Shown here in pieces: positions 27,629-38,500 of a stretch of 64,000 bases of DNA. The notes under the pieces were generated by a model that saw nothing but the letters and a program-made list of their open reading frames with translations, did not search any database and was not told the DNA's origin. Source of the DNA: Planctomycetota bacterium (GTDB taxonomy: Bacteria; Planctomycetota; UBA1135; GCA-002686595). The translations under genes were made by a program, and so were the position numbers. The stretch spans positions 1 through 64,000 of the forward strand of contig JAJDET010000264.1 of NCBI GenBank assembly GCA_029259655.1, in the 5' to 3' direction. Within the stretch, counting starts at the first letter, position 1. The number at the start of each line of letters is the position of its first letter.

Positions 27629-27856
27629 GTGAAGATCACCATCGAATACTGCGTCCGCTGACACTACCTCCCGCAGGCGACCGGTCTGGCCGCCGAGATC
27701 GAGACGGCTTTCCCCGACAGCAAGATCGACGTCAAGCTCGTCAAGGGCGACAACGGCGCGTTCGAGGTGTCGCGCAACGGGAAGCTCGTCTACTCGAAGT
27801 TCGAGACGGGACGCTTCCCGGCGTATCAGGAGATCCCGCCGCTCTTGCTCGACTAG
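27629..27856 (+). CDS. SelW-like (Rdx family) protein with C-V-R-[TGA] motif: candidate selenoprotein
   Basis: VKITIEYCVR-[TGA at 27659-27661]-HYLPQATGLAAEIETAFP...GAFEVSRNGKLVYSKFETGRFPAYQEI matches the Rdx/SelW pattern (IEYCxxU, G.FEV, SK..GrFP). GTG start with AGGAG ribosome-binding site. Missing from the ORF track because of the TGA. Confidence 0.6.
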
Positions 27857-27857
27857 A

Positions 27858-28475
27858 GTGACGACGCCCGCCTACCGGATCGAGACGGAACGCGCGGTCC
27901 TTCGCTGCTGGTCGCCGGACGATGCCGGGCTGGTGCGCGAGTCGCTCGACGCCTCGGACCGGAGCCTCCGGCCCTGGATCCCGTTCATGAAGCACGAGCC
28001 CCGGTCCCTCGAGGAGACGGGCGAGTGGCTGCGCGGGCGCCGGACGTGGTTCGACGAGGACGAGCACTACTGCTATGGGGTGTTCACTCCCGACGAGTCC
28101 GCGTTGATCGGCGAGACGATGCTGCTCAAGCGGAGCGGCCCGGACGCCCTCGAGATCGGCTACTGGATCGACGTGCGGCAGACGGGGAACGGCTTCGCGA
28201 CCGAGGCCGCCGCGGCGATGACGCGCATCGCCTTCGAGATCGCGGGAGCGGAGCTCGTCGAGATCTGCTGTGCGCCCGAGAACGAGGCTAGCGCGGCCGT
28301 TCCTGCGAAGCTCGGCTACGAACACGAGGCGACGCTGAAGCGACGCTACGTCGACTGCGACGACGCGCGTCACGACTTCATGATTTGGTCCCTGTTCGCC
28401 GAGGACTACGACCGTTCGCCGGCGCGTGAGCTCGAGCTCCGCGCTTTCGACGCGAGCAGGCGAACGCTCCTCTGA
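27858..28475 (+). CDS. GNAT-family N-acetyltransferase (RimJ/RimL-like)
   Basis: Translation IGYWIDVRQTGNGFATEAAAAMTRIAF is GNAT motif A. Start is 2 nt after the SelW-like stop. Confidence 0.8.
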   Translation: MTTPAYRIETERAVLRCWSPDDAGLVRESLDASDRSLRPWIPFMKHEPRSLEETGEWLRGRRTWFDEDEHYCYGVFTPDESALIGETMLLKRSGPDALEIGYWIDVRQTGNGFATEAAAAMTRIAFEIAGAELVEICCAPENEASAAVPAKLGYEHEATLKRRYVDCDDARHDFMIWSLFAEDYDRSPARELELRAFDASRRTLL

Positions 28476-28505
28476 GCCGTACAATCTCATCCCCACCGAG
28501 GAGCC

Positions 28506-30707
28506 ATGATCGACACCCGCGCGAGAGCGAGGGCGCCCCTCCGCTCACGGCGCGGGTGGGTCGCCCGAATCGGAAGAGTCGCCGTCGCAGGCATGCTCAT
28601 CTCGGCAGGAGCTGCTGCCGAGGAGCCGGTCTATTCGATCACCGCCGTGCCGCCCGGAACCGAGCGGCCGGTGATCGACGGCCTGCTCGACGACCCGGCC
28701 TGGCGGAGCGCGCAACCGCTCTCCGCGCTGCGGCAGGTCGTCCCGGTCGCCGGCGCGGTTCCGACCGAGGAGACGGAGATCCGCTTGCTCTTCGACGAGC
28801 GCTCCATTTTCGTGCTGCTCGACTGCCGCGACTCCGATCCTGAACGCATCCGCGCCACGCAGTTGAAGCGCGACGCTCGTCTCGGCCCCGACGACCGCGT
28901 CGAGCTGTTCTTCGACACCTTCCTCGATCGGCGAAACGCGTTCTGGTTCCAGATCGGCGCGGGCGGTTCCAAGGGCGACGCCCTGATCGCGCGCAACGGC
29001 TCGCGCTTCAACAAGGACTGGGACGGGATCTGGTACGGGCAGTCACGTGTGACCGAGCGCGGCTGGCAGGCGGAGCTCGAGATCCCGCTGGCGACGCTCA
29101 ACTTCGACCAGGCCGGCACGAGCTGGGGCTTCAACGTGCGTCGCTTCATCCGGCGTCGCGAGGAAGAGGCACGCTGGGCGAGCCCGACGCCGCGACTCCA
29201 GTTCTTCTCGGTCGCGCACGCCGGGACGCTCCAGGGCCTCGCCGGTCTCCAGCAGGGCCTCGGGCTCGATGTGGTGCCCTTCGTCGTCGGGGACTGGCTC
29301 CGCGACCGAACGACGCTGGAGCAAGACCTCGAGGAGGACGTCGGGCTCGACCTCTTCTACAAGGTGACGCCCAGCACGAAGGTCTCGCTCTCCATCAACA
29401 CGGACTTCGCGGAGACCGAGGTCGACGACCGGCAGATCAACCTCACGCGCTTCGACCTGTTCTTCCCCGAGAAGCGCGACTTCTTCCTCGAGGACTCGAG
29501 CACCTTCGAGTTCGGACCCGACAACCGCGACGCAGTCCCCTTCTTCAGCCGCCGCATCGGCCTCGACGACAACGACAACGAGGTGCCCTTGCGGACTGCC
29601 GTGAAGGTCACGACGCAGACGGACTCGTTCAGCGCCGGGATTCTCGACGTCCAGACGTCGGACACGAGCTCGATCGACTCCAGGAACCTCCTCGCCGCGC
29701 GCTTCTCGAAGAACATCTTCGATCAGTCCGATATCGGACTCGTGTACACACGAGGAAACCCCACCGAGAACACCGACCAGGACCAGACCGTGGGCGTCGA
29801 CATGAACCTGCGGACGGATTCGTTCCTGGGCGACAAGAACCTGCGCTTCACGACGTTCGTGCAGGAGAGCCGCAACGAGGGTTCACGCGGCAGTGACGAC
29901 GCGGCGTGGTTCGCGTCGGTCGACTACCCCAACGACGAGATCGACCTCTCGTTCCAGTACCTGGGGGTCGACGACGACTTCGAACCCGAGCTCGGGCGGG
30001 CGCCGCGAACGGGTATCCGCAGCTACTTCGCGGACCTCAACTACCGCCCGCGCCTCTACGGCGACATCCGTCAGCTCCGCTTCAGCCTCGAGCCGAGACT
30101 CGTCACCAACGAGGGCAACGACACCGAGTCGGTCGAGATCGAGATCCAGCCGGTCGGGATCCTGTGGGAGTCGGGCGATCAGCTCGAGCTCAAGCTCACC
30201 CCGCGACGCGAAGTCCTCGATGCGGACTTCAACCTTCAGGGCGTGATCGTCCCGGCGGGCTCCTACGACTTCCGGAGGTTCGAGATCGAGTTCGAGAGCT
30301 CGAACAAGCGCCAGATCGAGCTCGCGGCTTCCTACGTCTTCGGCTCGTTCTTCGACGGCTACCGCCAGGACGTCAATCTCGGCGTCGGCATCCGGGCGAG
30401 CTCGCGCGTCCTGGTGGACATCGAGTACGAGTTCAACGACGTCGACCTCGACGGTGGCAGCTTCGACGTGCACGTCGCCAGGACTCGTGTCGAGCTCCAG
30501 TTCACGCCGCGCGTCTCGTGGTCGAACTTCTTCCAGTACGACAACCTCTCCGACCAGCTCGGCCTGAACAGCCGGATGTGGTGGATCGTCGAGCCGGGTC
30601 GCGAGCTGTTCTTCGTCGTCAACCAGGGCTGGGAAGCGGGCGGGGGCGACTACGCTCCGGTCGTGACGGAGCTCACGGCGAAGGTGGGCTACACCTTTCG
30701 CTATTGA
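28506..30707 (+). CDS. secreted protein with a CBM9/DOMON-like N-terminal domain and a large beta-rich C-terminal region (DUF5916-like)
   Basis: Signal peptide. DGLLDDPAWRSAQP...LDCRDSDPERI...AFWFQIGAGG resembles carbohydrate-binding family-9-like domains. Confidence 0.5.
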   Translation: MIDTRARARAPLRSRRGWVARIGRVAVAGMLISAGAAAEEPVYSITAVPPGTERPVIDGLLDDPAWRSAQPLSALRQVVPVAGAVPTEETEIRLLFDERSIFVLLDCRDSDPERIRATQLKRDARLGPDDRVELFFDTFLDRRNAFWFQIGAGGSKGDALIARNGSRFNKDWDGIWYGQSRVTERGWQAELEIPLATLNFDQAGTSWGFNVRRFIRRREEEARWASPTPRLQFFSVAHAGTLQGLAGLQQGLGLDVVPFVVGDWLRDRTTLEQDLEEDVGLDLFYKVTPSTKVSLSINTDFAETEVDDRQINLTRFDLFFPEKRDFFLEDSSTFEFGPDNRDAVPFFSRRIGLDDNDNEVPLRTAVKVTTQTDSFSAGILDVQTSDTSSIDSRNLLAARFSKNIFDQSDIGLVYTRGNPTENTDQDQTVGVDMNLRTDSFLGDKNLRFTTFVQESRNEGSRGSDDAAWFASVDYPNDEIDLSFQYLGVDDDFEPELGRAPRTGIRSYFADLNYRPRLYGDIRQLRFSLEPRLVTNEGNDTESVEIEIQPVGILWESGDQLELKLTPRREVLDADFNLQGVIVPAGSYDFRRFEIEFESSNKRQIELAASYVFGSFFDGYRQDVNLGVGIRASSRVLVDIEYEFNDVDLDGGSFDVHVARTRVELQFTPRVSWSNFFQYDNLSDQLGLNSRMWWIVEPGRELFFVVNQGWEAGGGDYAPVVTELTAKVGYTFRY

Positions 30708-30719
30708 GCCGGCGGCGGC

Positions 30720-31610
30720 TCAGGTCTTCGACGCCTCGAAGATGCTCGCGATCGAGCTGTCCAGCATCGCGTTGAACTCGGCGTCGCTCTGCTTCGCCGA
30801 GAGTCCCTCCGAGAGCGCGCGCGAGAAGCTCGCGATCATCCCGTGGTTGCGGGTGAGCCGCGCGTTCGCCTCTTCGCGGGAGTAGCCGCCGGAGAGGGCG
30901 ACGACGCGCACGACGCTCGGGTGGGCGATGCACTCGGAGTAGAAGTTGTCCTGCTCGGGAAGGGTCAGCTTCAGCATCACCTTCTCGTCGGCGCCGAGCC
31001 CGTTGAGGTGTCCGAGAATGTTCTCCTTGAGGAGGTTCTCGGCCTGGGCCTTCTCGGGGCTGTGGATGTCGACCTCGGGTTCGATGATCGGGACCAGCCC
31101 GGCAGCGCAGATGCGGCGGCCGATCTCGAACTGCTGATCGACGACGGCCTTCACGCCGGCGGGGTTCGCCAGCTTGATGACCGAACGCATCTTCGTGCCG
31201 AAGACGCCGTTCTTCTTCGCGCGCTCGAGCAGCGGGTCGAGATCGGGCATCGGCTTCATCACCTGGACACCGTCCTTCTCGTCCGCCAGGCCCTTGTCGA
31301 CCTTGAGGAACGGAATGATCTGCTTCTCGCCCCACAGGAACTGTGCGGTGCCCTTGCCCTGGATCTCGCGATCCATGGTGTTCTCGAACAGGATCGCGCC
31401 GAGGATCCGGTTTCCTCCGAAGCTCGGGCTCGTGATGATCCGGGTGCGCATCTCGTGCACCTTGGCGAACATCTCCTCGTCGCCCGAGTACTCGCTCTCG
31501 TCGATCCCGTACAGGCTCAAGGCCTTCGGTGTGCTGCCGCCGCTCTGGTCGAGGGCCGCGATGAAGCCGTCCGTGGTCTGGGCTTTCTTGAGTTGCTGAT
31601 CGAAGGTCAT
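30720..31610 (-). CDS. fda: fructose-bisphosphate aldolase, class I (Staphylococcus Fda type)
   Basis: [31 protein letters not shown]...FLKVDKGL...[11 protein letters not shown] is near-identical in motif order to class I Fda. Confidence 0.9.
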   Translation of the reverse strand: MTFDQQLKKAQTTDGFIAALDQSGGSTPKALSLYGIDESEYSGDEEMFAKVHEMRTRIITSPSFGGNRILGAILFENTMDREIQGKGTAQFLWGEKQIIPFLKVDKGLADEKDGVQVMKPMPDLDPLLERAKKNGVFGTKMRSVIKLANPAGVKAVVDQQFEIGRRICAAGLVPIIEPEVDIHSPEKAQAENLLKENILGHLNGLGADEKVMLKLTLPEQDNFYSECIAHPSVVRVVALSGGYSREEANARLTRNHGMIASFSRALSEGLSAKQSDAEFNAMLDSSIASIFEASKT

Positions 31611-31962
31611 GGCACTTGCGGGAGACGGGGCTCGAGGGACGGGCTCATGGACCGGAAGAGGACCGGCCGGAGCCCGATGGGGCAAAGAGGATAACGTCGG
31701 TTCCCGGAGTCCGCGACGGGAGTTCCACGACCGTCGATAGGAGCCCCCGCGCCCCCCGCGCCCATCGGACGGCTCCGCGCCTCATTCACGATCGTGCCCT
31801 GGGGCTGTGCCCGGCCGGCCCGACACCCACGGCCGAGAAACCGACGTCGGATCCGGGTTACGCGCCGCGGTGGCCGCGATACGGTTCCTGACCCGCGCCC
31901 GCCGAAGGCGATTCCCGGGGGCAGGTCGTTGCGCCGTGCCCTTCAGCGGCCCTGCTCCCGAG

Positions 31963-34389
31963 ATGAACTGCGACGACAACGAGCACCTCGACGAGGAGGC
32001 GCTGCTCGAGCAGGTCGGGGAGGTTCGCCGGCTCGCTCGGTTCCTCGTGCGGGATCCCAACCTGGCCGAGGACATCCTCCAGGACACCTACCTGCTCGCG
32101 CTCGAGCGTCCCCCTTCACGGGCCAGAAGGGGAATCGAGCTCTGGGCTTGGTTGCGTCGCGTCGTGCGGACGATGGCACGCCAGCACTTCCGCACGGAGC
32201 GCCGGCGAAGGGTCCGTGAACAGCGCGCCTCCGGCCCGGAGCGAGCGCCGTCCTTCGTCGACGAACTGCTCGTCGCGGAGCGAGCCGCAACGGTCCGCTC
32301 GATTCTCTGCGAGCTGCCGGAGCCCTACGGGTCGACGTTGCAGCTCCGGCTCCTGGAGGGAATGGAGCCCAAGGACATCGCGCGTCTCCAGGGGATCCCC
32401 CCGGCGACCGTCCGGATGCGGCTGACGCGAGGACTGCGCAAGGTGCAGGCGGAGCTCGAGGCGCGGCGTGAGCGCCGGTCGGCCGGCGGGCTGCTCGCGT
32501 TCCTCGGTCTTCCGCGGAGACGAGACATGGTGCCGATCTTCGGCGGTGCCGCCGTCTTCACGGGCGTGGCCGTCGTGGGGGCCGTCCTCCTGTCGGATGC
32601 TCGGGATCTCGGATCGACGTCCGAGCCGGAAGCCCTCGCCGTCCACGCGGTCGATGCCGGAAGCCCAGAACGCGTCGAGTCATTCTCTCGCTCGTCGCGA
32701 CGCCCCGTCGCCGTCGACCACCCGGTCGACGAGACCGCGAACGCCGGTGACTCGACGATCCGGGGGATCGCTCTCTGGCCCGACGGCCGGCCGGCCGCCG
32801 GAGTGACGCTCGAGCTCGTCGGAAGTGAACGGCCGGAGGACCTCGAGCCGATTCGGGGGGTCTCCGCGCCGGACGGCTCCTTCTCGCTCCGAGCGCGTTT
32901 CCCCGACACGGGCGTCGCGTGGGTCACCTCGGGGGAATCGGAGCGAGCCGCAATCCTCGCGGGACCCGTCAACCAGGACTCCCTCCTCGGCCTAACTGTC
33001 GTGGTGCTGGCCGACGTCACGAGCCTGACCGGGATCGTCGTCGATGGAGCCGGGAGCCCCGTGCGGGATGCGACTGTGCGATGGCACCCGCCGGCGGACC
33101 TGAAGCACCGGCTCGGCGTCTCCGCAACGTTCTCGAAGGCGACGGAAATCAGGGCGGAGACCGACGATCACGGCGAGTTCACGCTCGAGACCGTGCCCGT
33201 CTGCGAGGGCTCATCCCTCTCCGTTCGCGCAGAGAGGTTCCCTCCTGCGGACGTGCCCGTCGACGCACCCTGGGAGCGGATCGTCGTGCGCCTCGGCGAC
33301 CGCGAACCCTTCCGGGGTCGTGTCGTCGGCCCGCGTGGTGAACCGCTCGAAGGGGCCACCGTGTGCACGGGCCTGGAGCGCTGCTCCACCCTCGCGGACG
33401 GCTCGTTCGAGCTGACGCTCGCCGCGGATGCGACGGACGTCCGCATCGCGAAGTCGGGCTTCGCGCCGCTGACCCTCCAGGCACCGGGCGAGGACGCCCC
33501 ACCGTTCGTGGAGCTCCAGCTCGAGGGAGCTCGCCCGGCCATCCGCGGGCGCGTGGTGGATACGGTCGGGCTCGGGATCGCGGGCATCCGGGTGCAAGCC
33601 GTCGACCTGGAAGCCGCCCATTGGGACGGCAAGACGCTGTGGTCCCTGGAGGGTCTCTGCTCCTCGCCTCCGCGACCGGTTCCGGAACCCGCCGTCACCG
33701 GGTCCGACGGAGAGTTCAGTCTGGCCGGTCTGCACAGGCGTCCGTACCGCGTCCTCGCCGTCGATCCGCGCTTCCTGCACGCGACGGAGGCGACGTTCCA
33801 GCCGGGCGACGGCCCTCGCGAGCTCGTCATGTCCCACGCGGAACACGCGCTCGACGTCGCGGGGCGCATCACCGACATGAAGGGGGTGCCGGTCGTGGGC
33901 GCTTCGGTGTGGGTCATGCGGACGACCTCGAAGATCCTCGACGACGGCGCCGAGCTCCACGCGGAGTACATGCTCCGGGACCCGGTTCGATCCACGCCGG
34001 AGGGGACCTTCGAGCTGAAAGACGTCCCCCTGGACGCCTGGATCCACGCCGAGGCGACGTCCTTCTTCCCCGTGCGCATGGAGCCGGCCGCGATCGTCGA
34101 GCTCGTCCCGCCCCGCCGTTGCGAGTTGATCCTCGAAGACGCGCCGGAGAACGTGCGCTACGTCCGCATCGCGGACGCGGAGGACCGACCGTTGCCCGTT
34201 CTCGGCCTCGAGAACTCGACGGCCCTGCCGCGCGTCGTCGACGGGCGCACGTCCGTGCTGGTCGTCGGGGAGCAGGCCGCGCGCATGGAGCTCCTCGACG
34301 GAGAAGAGCGACTCCTCGGGGCGCTGCCCCTGCTCCTCGACCCGACGGCGGTCAACCGCGTCACAGGGGCCGGACTCGTCGAGCGCTGA
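31963..34389 (+). CDS. ECF sigma-70-family factor fused to a TM helix and an ~600-aa extracytoplasmic region of carboxypeptidase-regulatory-like repeats
   Basis: Sigma region 2 (EDILQDTYLLALE) and region 4 (LEGMEPKDIARLQGIPPATVRMRLTRGLRKV), then TM VPIFGGAAVFTGVAVVGAVLL, then repeated G(R/I)VVD/GxxG..A.V beta-sandwich modules, all in one ORF. Confidence 0.65.
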   Translation: MNCDDNEHLDEEALLEQVGEVRRLARFLVRDPNLAEDILQDTYLLALERPPSRARRGIELWAWLRRVVRTMARQHFRTERRRRVREQRASGPERAPSFVDELLVAERAATVRSILCELPEPYGSTLQLRLLEGMEPKDIARLQGIPPATVRMRLTRGLRKVQAELEARRERRSAGGLLAFLGLPRRRDMVPIFGGAAVFTGVAVVGAVLLSDARDLGSTSEPEALAVHAVDAGSPERVESFSRSSRRPVAVDHPVDETANAGDSTIRGIALWPDGRPAAGVTLELVGSERPEDLEPIRGVSAPDGSFSLRARFPDTGVAWVTSGESERAAILAGPVNQDSLLGLTVVVLADVTSLTGIVVDGAGSPVRDATVRWHPPADLKHRLGVSATFSKATEIRAETDDHGEFTLETVPVCEGSSLSVRAERFPPADVPVDAPWERIVVRLGDREPFRGRVVGPRGEPLEGATVCTGLERCSTLADGSFELTLAADATDVRIAKSGFAPLTLQAPGEDAPPFVELQLEGARPAIRGRVVDTVGLGIAGIRVQAVDLEAAHWDGKTLWSLEGLCSSPPRPVPEPAVTGSDGEFSLAGLHRRPYRVLAVDPRFLHATEATFQPGDGPRELVMSHAEHALDVAGRITDMKGVPVVGASVWVMRTTSKILDDGAELHAEYMLRDPVRSTPEGTFELKDVPLDAWIHAEATSFFPVRMEPAAIVELVPPRRCELILEDAPENVRYVRIADAEDRPLPVLGLENSTALPRVVDGRTSVLVVGEQAARMELLDGEERLLGALPLLLDPTAVNRVTGAGLVER

Positions 34390-34464
34390 GCCCCAGGGCT
34401 CGAGCTGGCCCAGCTCGAACGCACGGTCGCGCCTTCCTGTACTTGCCGAGGTGCGGGTCGCGGG

Positions 34465-34902
34465 TCATCTCGGCGGCGGGTACGTACAGTTCGAGCTCCA
34501 GCCCCGCGTCGAGGTGTTCACGGGCCGCAACCGCTCGTAGTGCATCGTGAACTCGACTCTCCAGGTCTCGCCGCCATCCGCGGAGACCAGGAAATCCGAG
34601 TCGAACGACGAGGCCCTCACGTCCCGGAACGTGACTCGTGCGCCGACACCGGGTCGACCGCGAACCACCGGCTGATCGAGGATCATGACCTCTCCATCGA
34701 GCGCCCCGGTCATCACATCGTGGTCCCCGAGCGGGCTCATGAAGGTCGCGCACCACGAGCCCAGGTGCTCGGAGAACAAGAACTCGGTCAGAGCGCCCGG
34801 CGACTCCATTCTGAGTACCTGACCCATCAACCTGCGCCGCCCGGTCGTGGTCCAGGTCGACGAGTCCGACGAGGTGAGCCGATCCCCGACGAGGAAGTCC
34901 AT
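34465..34902 (-). CDS. hypothetical protein
   Basis: 145-aa ORF of moderate complexity, convergent with the sigma gene. No family recognised. Confidence 0.3.
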   Translation of the reverse strand: MDFLVGDRLTSSDSSTWTTTGRRRLMGQVLRMESPGALTEFLFSEHLGSWCATFMSPLGDHDVMTGALDGEVMILDQPVVRGRPGVGARVTFRDVRASSFDSDFLVSADGGETWRVEFTMHYERLRPVNTSTRGWSSNCTYPPPR

Positions 34903-35049
34903 GTGCGCCCGCGGTGGAAGCGAGGGGAGGTCGATCGCTCCGTCATCCGGAGGGCCTCCGAAGCGACGAGCGCAACCGGCATTTCCGCGAACCTACCCGG
35001 CGGTGCTACAGTCTTGGCGCGCCGCCCGTACCACTCCGTTGCAATCCCG

Positions 35050-35499
35050 GTGAAACTCCAAGACCCGGTCGAGGTCATCCTCAAAGAGAAGGGGAGAGAG
35101 GTGTACTCCATCACCTCCGGGGGCACCGTCTACGAGGCGCTCGTGATGATGGAGGAGCGCCAGGTCGGGGCCCTGCTCGTCATGGACGACTCGGAGCTGG
35201 TCGGCATCCTTTCGGAGCGCGACTACGCGCGCAAGGTGATCCTGGCCGGGCGGTCGTCGAAGAAGATGATGGTCCGCGAGATCATGTCCAGCCCGGTCAT
35301 CAGCGTTCAGCTGAAGACCACGGTCGACGAGTGCATGCAGCACATGACGGACGGACGTTGCCGCCACCTTCCGGTACTCGAAGGAGACAGGGTCGTCGGG
35401 TTGGTGTCGCTCGGCGACCTCGTCAACTGGGTCATGACCAAGCAGGACCGCAGGATCAACGACCTCGAGGGCTACATCTCGGGCGACTATCCGGGTTGA
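35050..35499 (+). CDS. CBS-domain pair protein
   Basis: Two CBS motifs: VYEALVMMEERQVGALLVMDDSELVGILSERD and VDECMQHMTDGRCRHLPVLEGDRVVGLVSLGDL. GTG start. Confidence 0.7.
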   Translation: MKLQDPVEVILKEKGREVYSITSGGTVYEALVMMEERQVGALLVMDDSELVGILSERDYARKVILAGRSSKKMMVREIMSSPVISVQLKTTVDECMQHMTDGRCRHLPVLEGDRVVGLVSLGDLVNWVMTKQDRRINDLEGYISGDYPG

Positions 35500-35530
35500 T
35501 GCCACCTCGCTCGACCAACCGGGGGCCGAC

Positions 35531-38500
35531 TCAGAGAGGGTCGCCGGAGAGTACCCATCCCGCCCAGTCGCGCAGCTCGGCACCTTCGTCGCGCAGTGCG
35601 CGCTTGGCCTGCCACAGAGCCTCGACCTTCGGCACGCCCTCGAGCCAGAGCTTGGCGTAGAAGAGCTCCATGAGACGCCGCGTCATGGCGTCGTCGACCT
35701 TCCAGAGGCTCGTGATCGCCGTTCGCACGCCCGCTGCGTGGAGAGCTGCCTGCAGCGACTGGACGCCCTGCCCCGCGCGCCGGATGCCGACGCCCGTCTC
35801 GCACGCGCTGAGCACGGCGAGCTCGCACGCCGAGAGATCGACACCGGCCAGCTCCTCCGCGGTCAGGATGCCAGGTACGCGGCCCTGGGAATCGCGGCCG
35901 CGGTTGGCACCGGAGAAGGCGAGACCGCAGAGGGTCATCGGCGCGAAACCGGTCGCCGTCGCACGCGGGTCGAGCGCGTTCCACGGATCGGATTCCCGCT
36001 CCGAGTCGGCGTCGAGGGTCGACGGAACGCTGTCCGGTGCGAACCAGCCGTGGGTCGCGACGTGCAGGTACGACTTGCCGGGCGCTTGCGCGTGAAAGCC
36101 GGCCTTGGTCGCGTACTCGCCGAGGAGGACGAGAGGCCGGCGCTCGAAGGCCTCCTCGAAGAGAGCGCCGACCGCGTTCGCCTCCGCGCGCGTTTCGGCG
36201 AGCGGAGCGAACTTCGTCTGCGCCCCCGCGCTGCGCGTTCCGTGATCGACGGGAGCCGAAGACTCCCCGTCCGGGGAGTGGAGGCCGGTCCCGTCGAACG
36301 CCGCGTCTCCCAGGACCAGGAGCGCCGGCTCGGGCTCGGATCGGCGGGACGACACGACGAGGCGCGCGAACGAGACCTCGATCACGATCCGGTGGCGGTC
36401 ACCGACCCGCACGAGGCGCCCGCCCTCCGGCGGCCGGTCGAGCGGCAACGCGTCCAGCGGCACGACGTGGAGAAAGTCGTCCAGGCAGACGTAGAGGGTC
36501 GTGCCTTCCTCGAGCAGGTTGAGCACCGGGTCGAGGACGTACGCACGCAGGCGCCTCCCGGCCTCGTTCAGGTCGGGCTGGGGCGCGCCCGGATGTCCGA
36601 CACCCAGGCCGCGCGAGACCATCGGCTCCCCGGCGGCTTCGCGCCAGAGCTCCGCGAGCTCCTCGATCCGGGCCGCCGATCCGAGATCCACCTCGATCAG
36701 GGATCCGTCCGGACGCAGAACGTGTGCCGCCATGACCTCGCCCACGGAGCGGAACTCTCGCCATGCGTGGTGACGGAGGAACCCGACCGCGACGGAGCCG
36801 TCGGGCAACGCGCGCGCCACGTCGTCACTCTCGACGGAGCCGGCGAAGACGCCGCTCGCTACGCGATCGTCGCGTACCTCGCGTTCCAGCATGTCGCGCT
36901 CGCGCACGACCTCGAAGATCTCGGCGGCGTACTCCCCCAGCGTCTCGCCCCCACGAGGTCCACCCGCGACCAGGTCGGAGAGTCGCGCGCGCTGAGCGGC
37001 GACACGCTCGGACTGCGAGCTCGCGACCAGGCGACAGCCGGCCATGTTGGAGACCGCGCGCAGCGTCTCGGCCAGATCGAAACGCGCTTCCGCGAGACCG
37101 TCTGCACTGGCCCCACGGGTCAGGTAGCGCACGATCCTGTGGCGGTGCGACTCCCACCTCGCGATCTCCCGCGCTTCGCGAGGTGAGAGCGCCCACGCGA
37201 TCTCGAGCTGACGCCGAACGCCGCGCGCCAGATCCCGTCCGAGCCGGTGCGCTTCCTCGGTCTCCCCCTGTTCCAGTAGGATCAGAGCAAGGTTCTGGCG
37301 GGATCCGAGGAGGTCCGGGTGGTCCTCGGGCAACGTCCGCTCGCGAATGGCGAGGACCTCCGCCAGGAGCGCGCGCGCACGATCGACCTCGCCGATGTTG
37401 CGAAGCGTGATGGCGAGGTTTTCCCGTGCGCCCAGGAGGTTCGGGTGACCTGGGGGAAGCGTCCGCTCGAAACCCTCGAGCACGGACTCCTCCAGCTCCC
37501 GTGCTGCCGCGTGCTGCCTCATCCGCTTCAACAGACCCGCGAGTATCCCGCGGGCACGCAGGAGATCGGGATCGTCCCCGGACCGCGACTGCTCGATGCC
37601 GGCGAGCCCCGCCTCGAGGAGCCGGCGGGCCGCGTCGCGCTCGCCGAGATCGACCAGGATCCCGCTGAGATTGATGCGAGTCCGGAAGAGGTCCACGTGT
37701 TCACTCGGGAGCGTGCGCTCATAGCCGGCGAGTGCGCGTTCCGTCATGGCCCGCGCGGCGACGAGGTCGCCGATCGCGCGCAGGGTCAATCCCAGGTTCG
37801 CGTACGCCGGGAGCCGGCGCGCTTCGTCATTTCCCGCACGCTCGAGCACCGCGAGAGCCGATTCCTGCAGCGCGCGCGCGCGTGACAGATCGCCCAGCGC
37901 CTTGACGGTGTCCGCGAGATCGAGCCGCGCGCCGATAGCGAGCGGATGATCGCCCGCGACGTCGCGTTCGTACCCGGCGAGCACGCTCTCCTGCAATTCG
38001 AGAGCTTCGGGGAGCTGGCCAAGCTCGAAGAGAGTCGCTCCGAGCTTCGCGCGAACGCCGAGGATATCGGGATGCCCCGCAGGAAGGGTCTGCTCGCATG
38101 CGGCGAGAATCGACTCCTGGAGGTCGCGCGCGCGGTCCAGCTCTCCGAGCTTCAGGAGCGTCGTGGAGAGGTTCAGTCTCAGGCGGAGGACCATCGGGTT
38201 CTCGTCGGGCAAGGCCTCGCCCAGATCCGCCAGCGCCCGCTCCTGCAACCTGAGCGCTCCGTCGAGATCGCCCAGCGCGCGCATCGTCAACGCGACGTTC
38301 CCGCGTATGCGCGCGAGGCTGGGGTCGCCAGGACGGTACGCGCGCTCGGCGCTGGAGAGCAGCCCGTCCTCGAGCGCGAGTGCACCCTGGAGATCGCCCA
38401 GACTCTTCAGGGTGAGGGCCAGGTTCTCCCGCGCGCTGAGCGACATCGGGTGCTCTTCGCCGAGCGTGCGCACGAACCCGTCGAGCGTCGCCTCCTGCAA

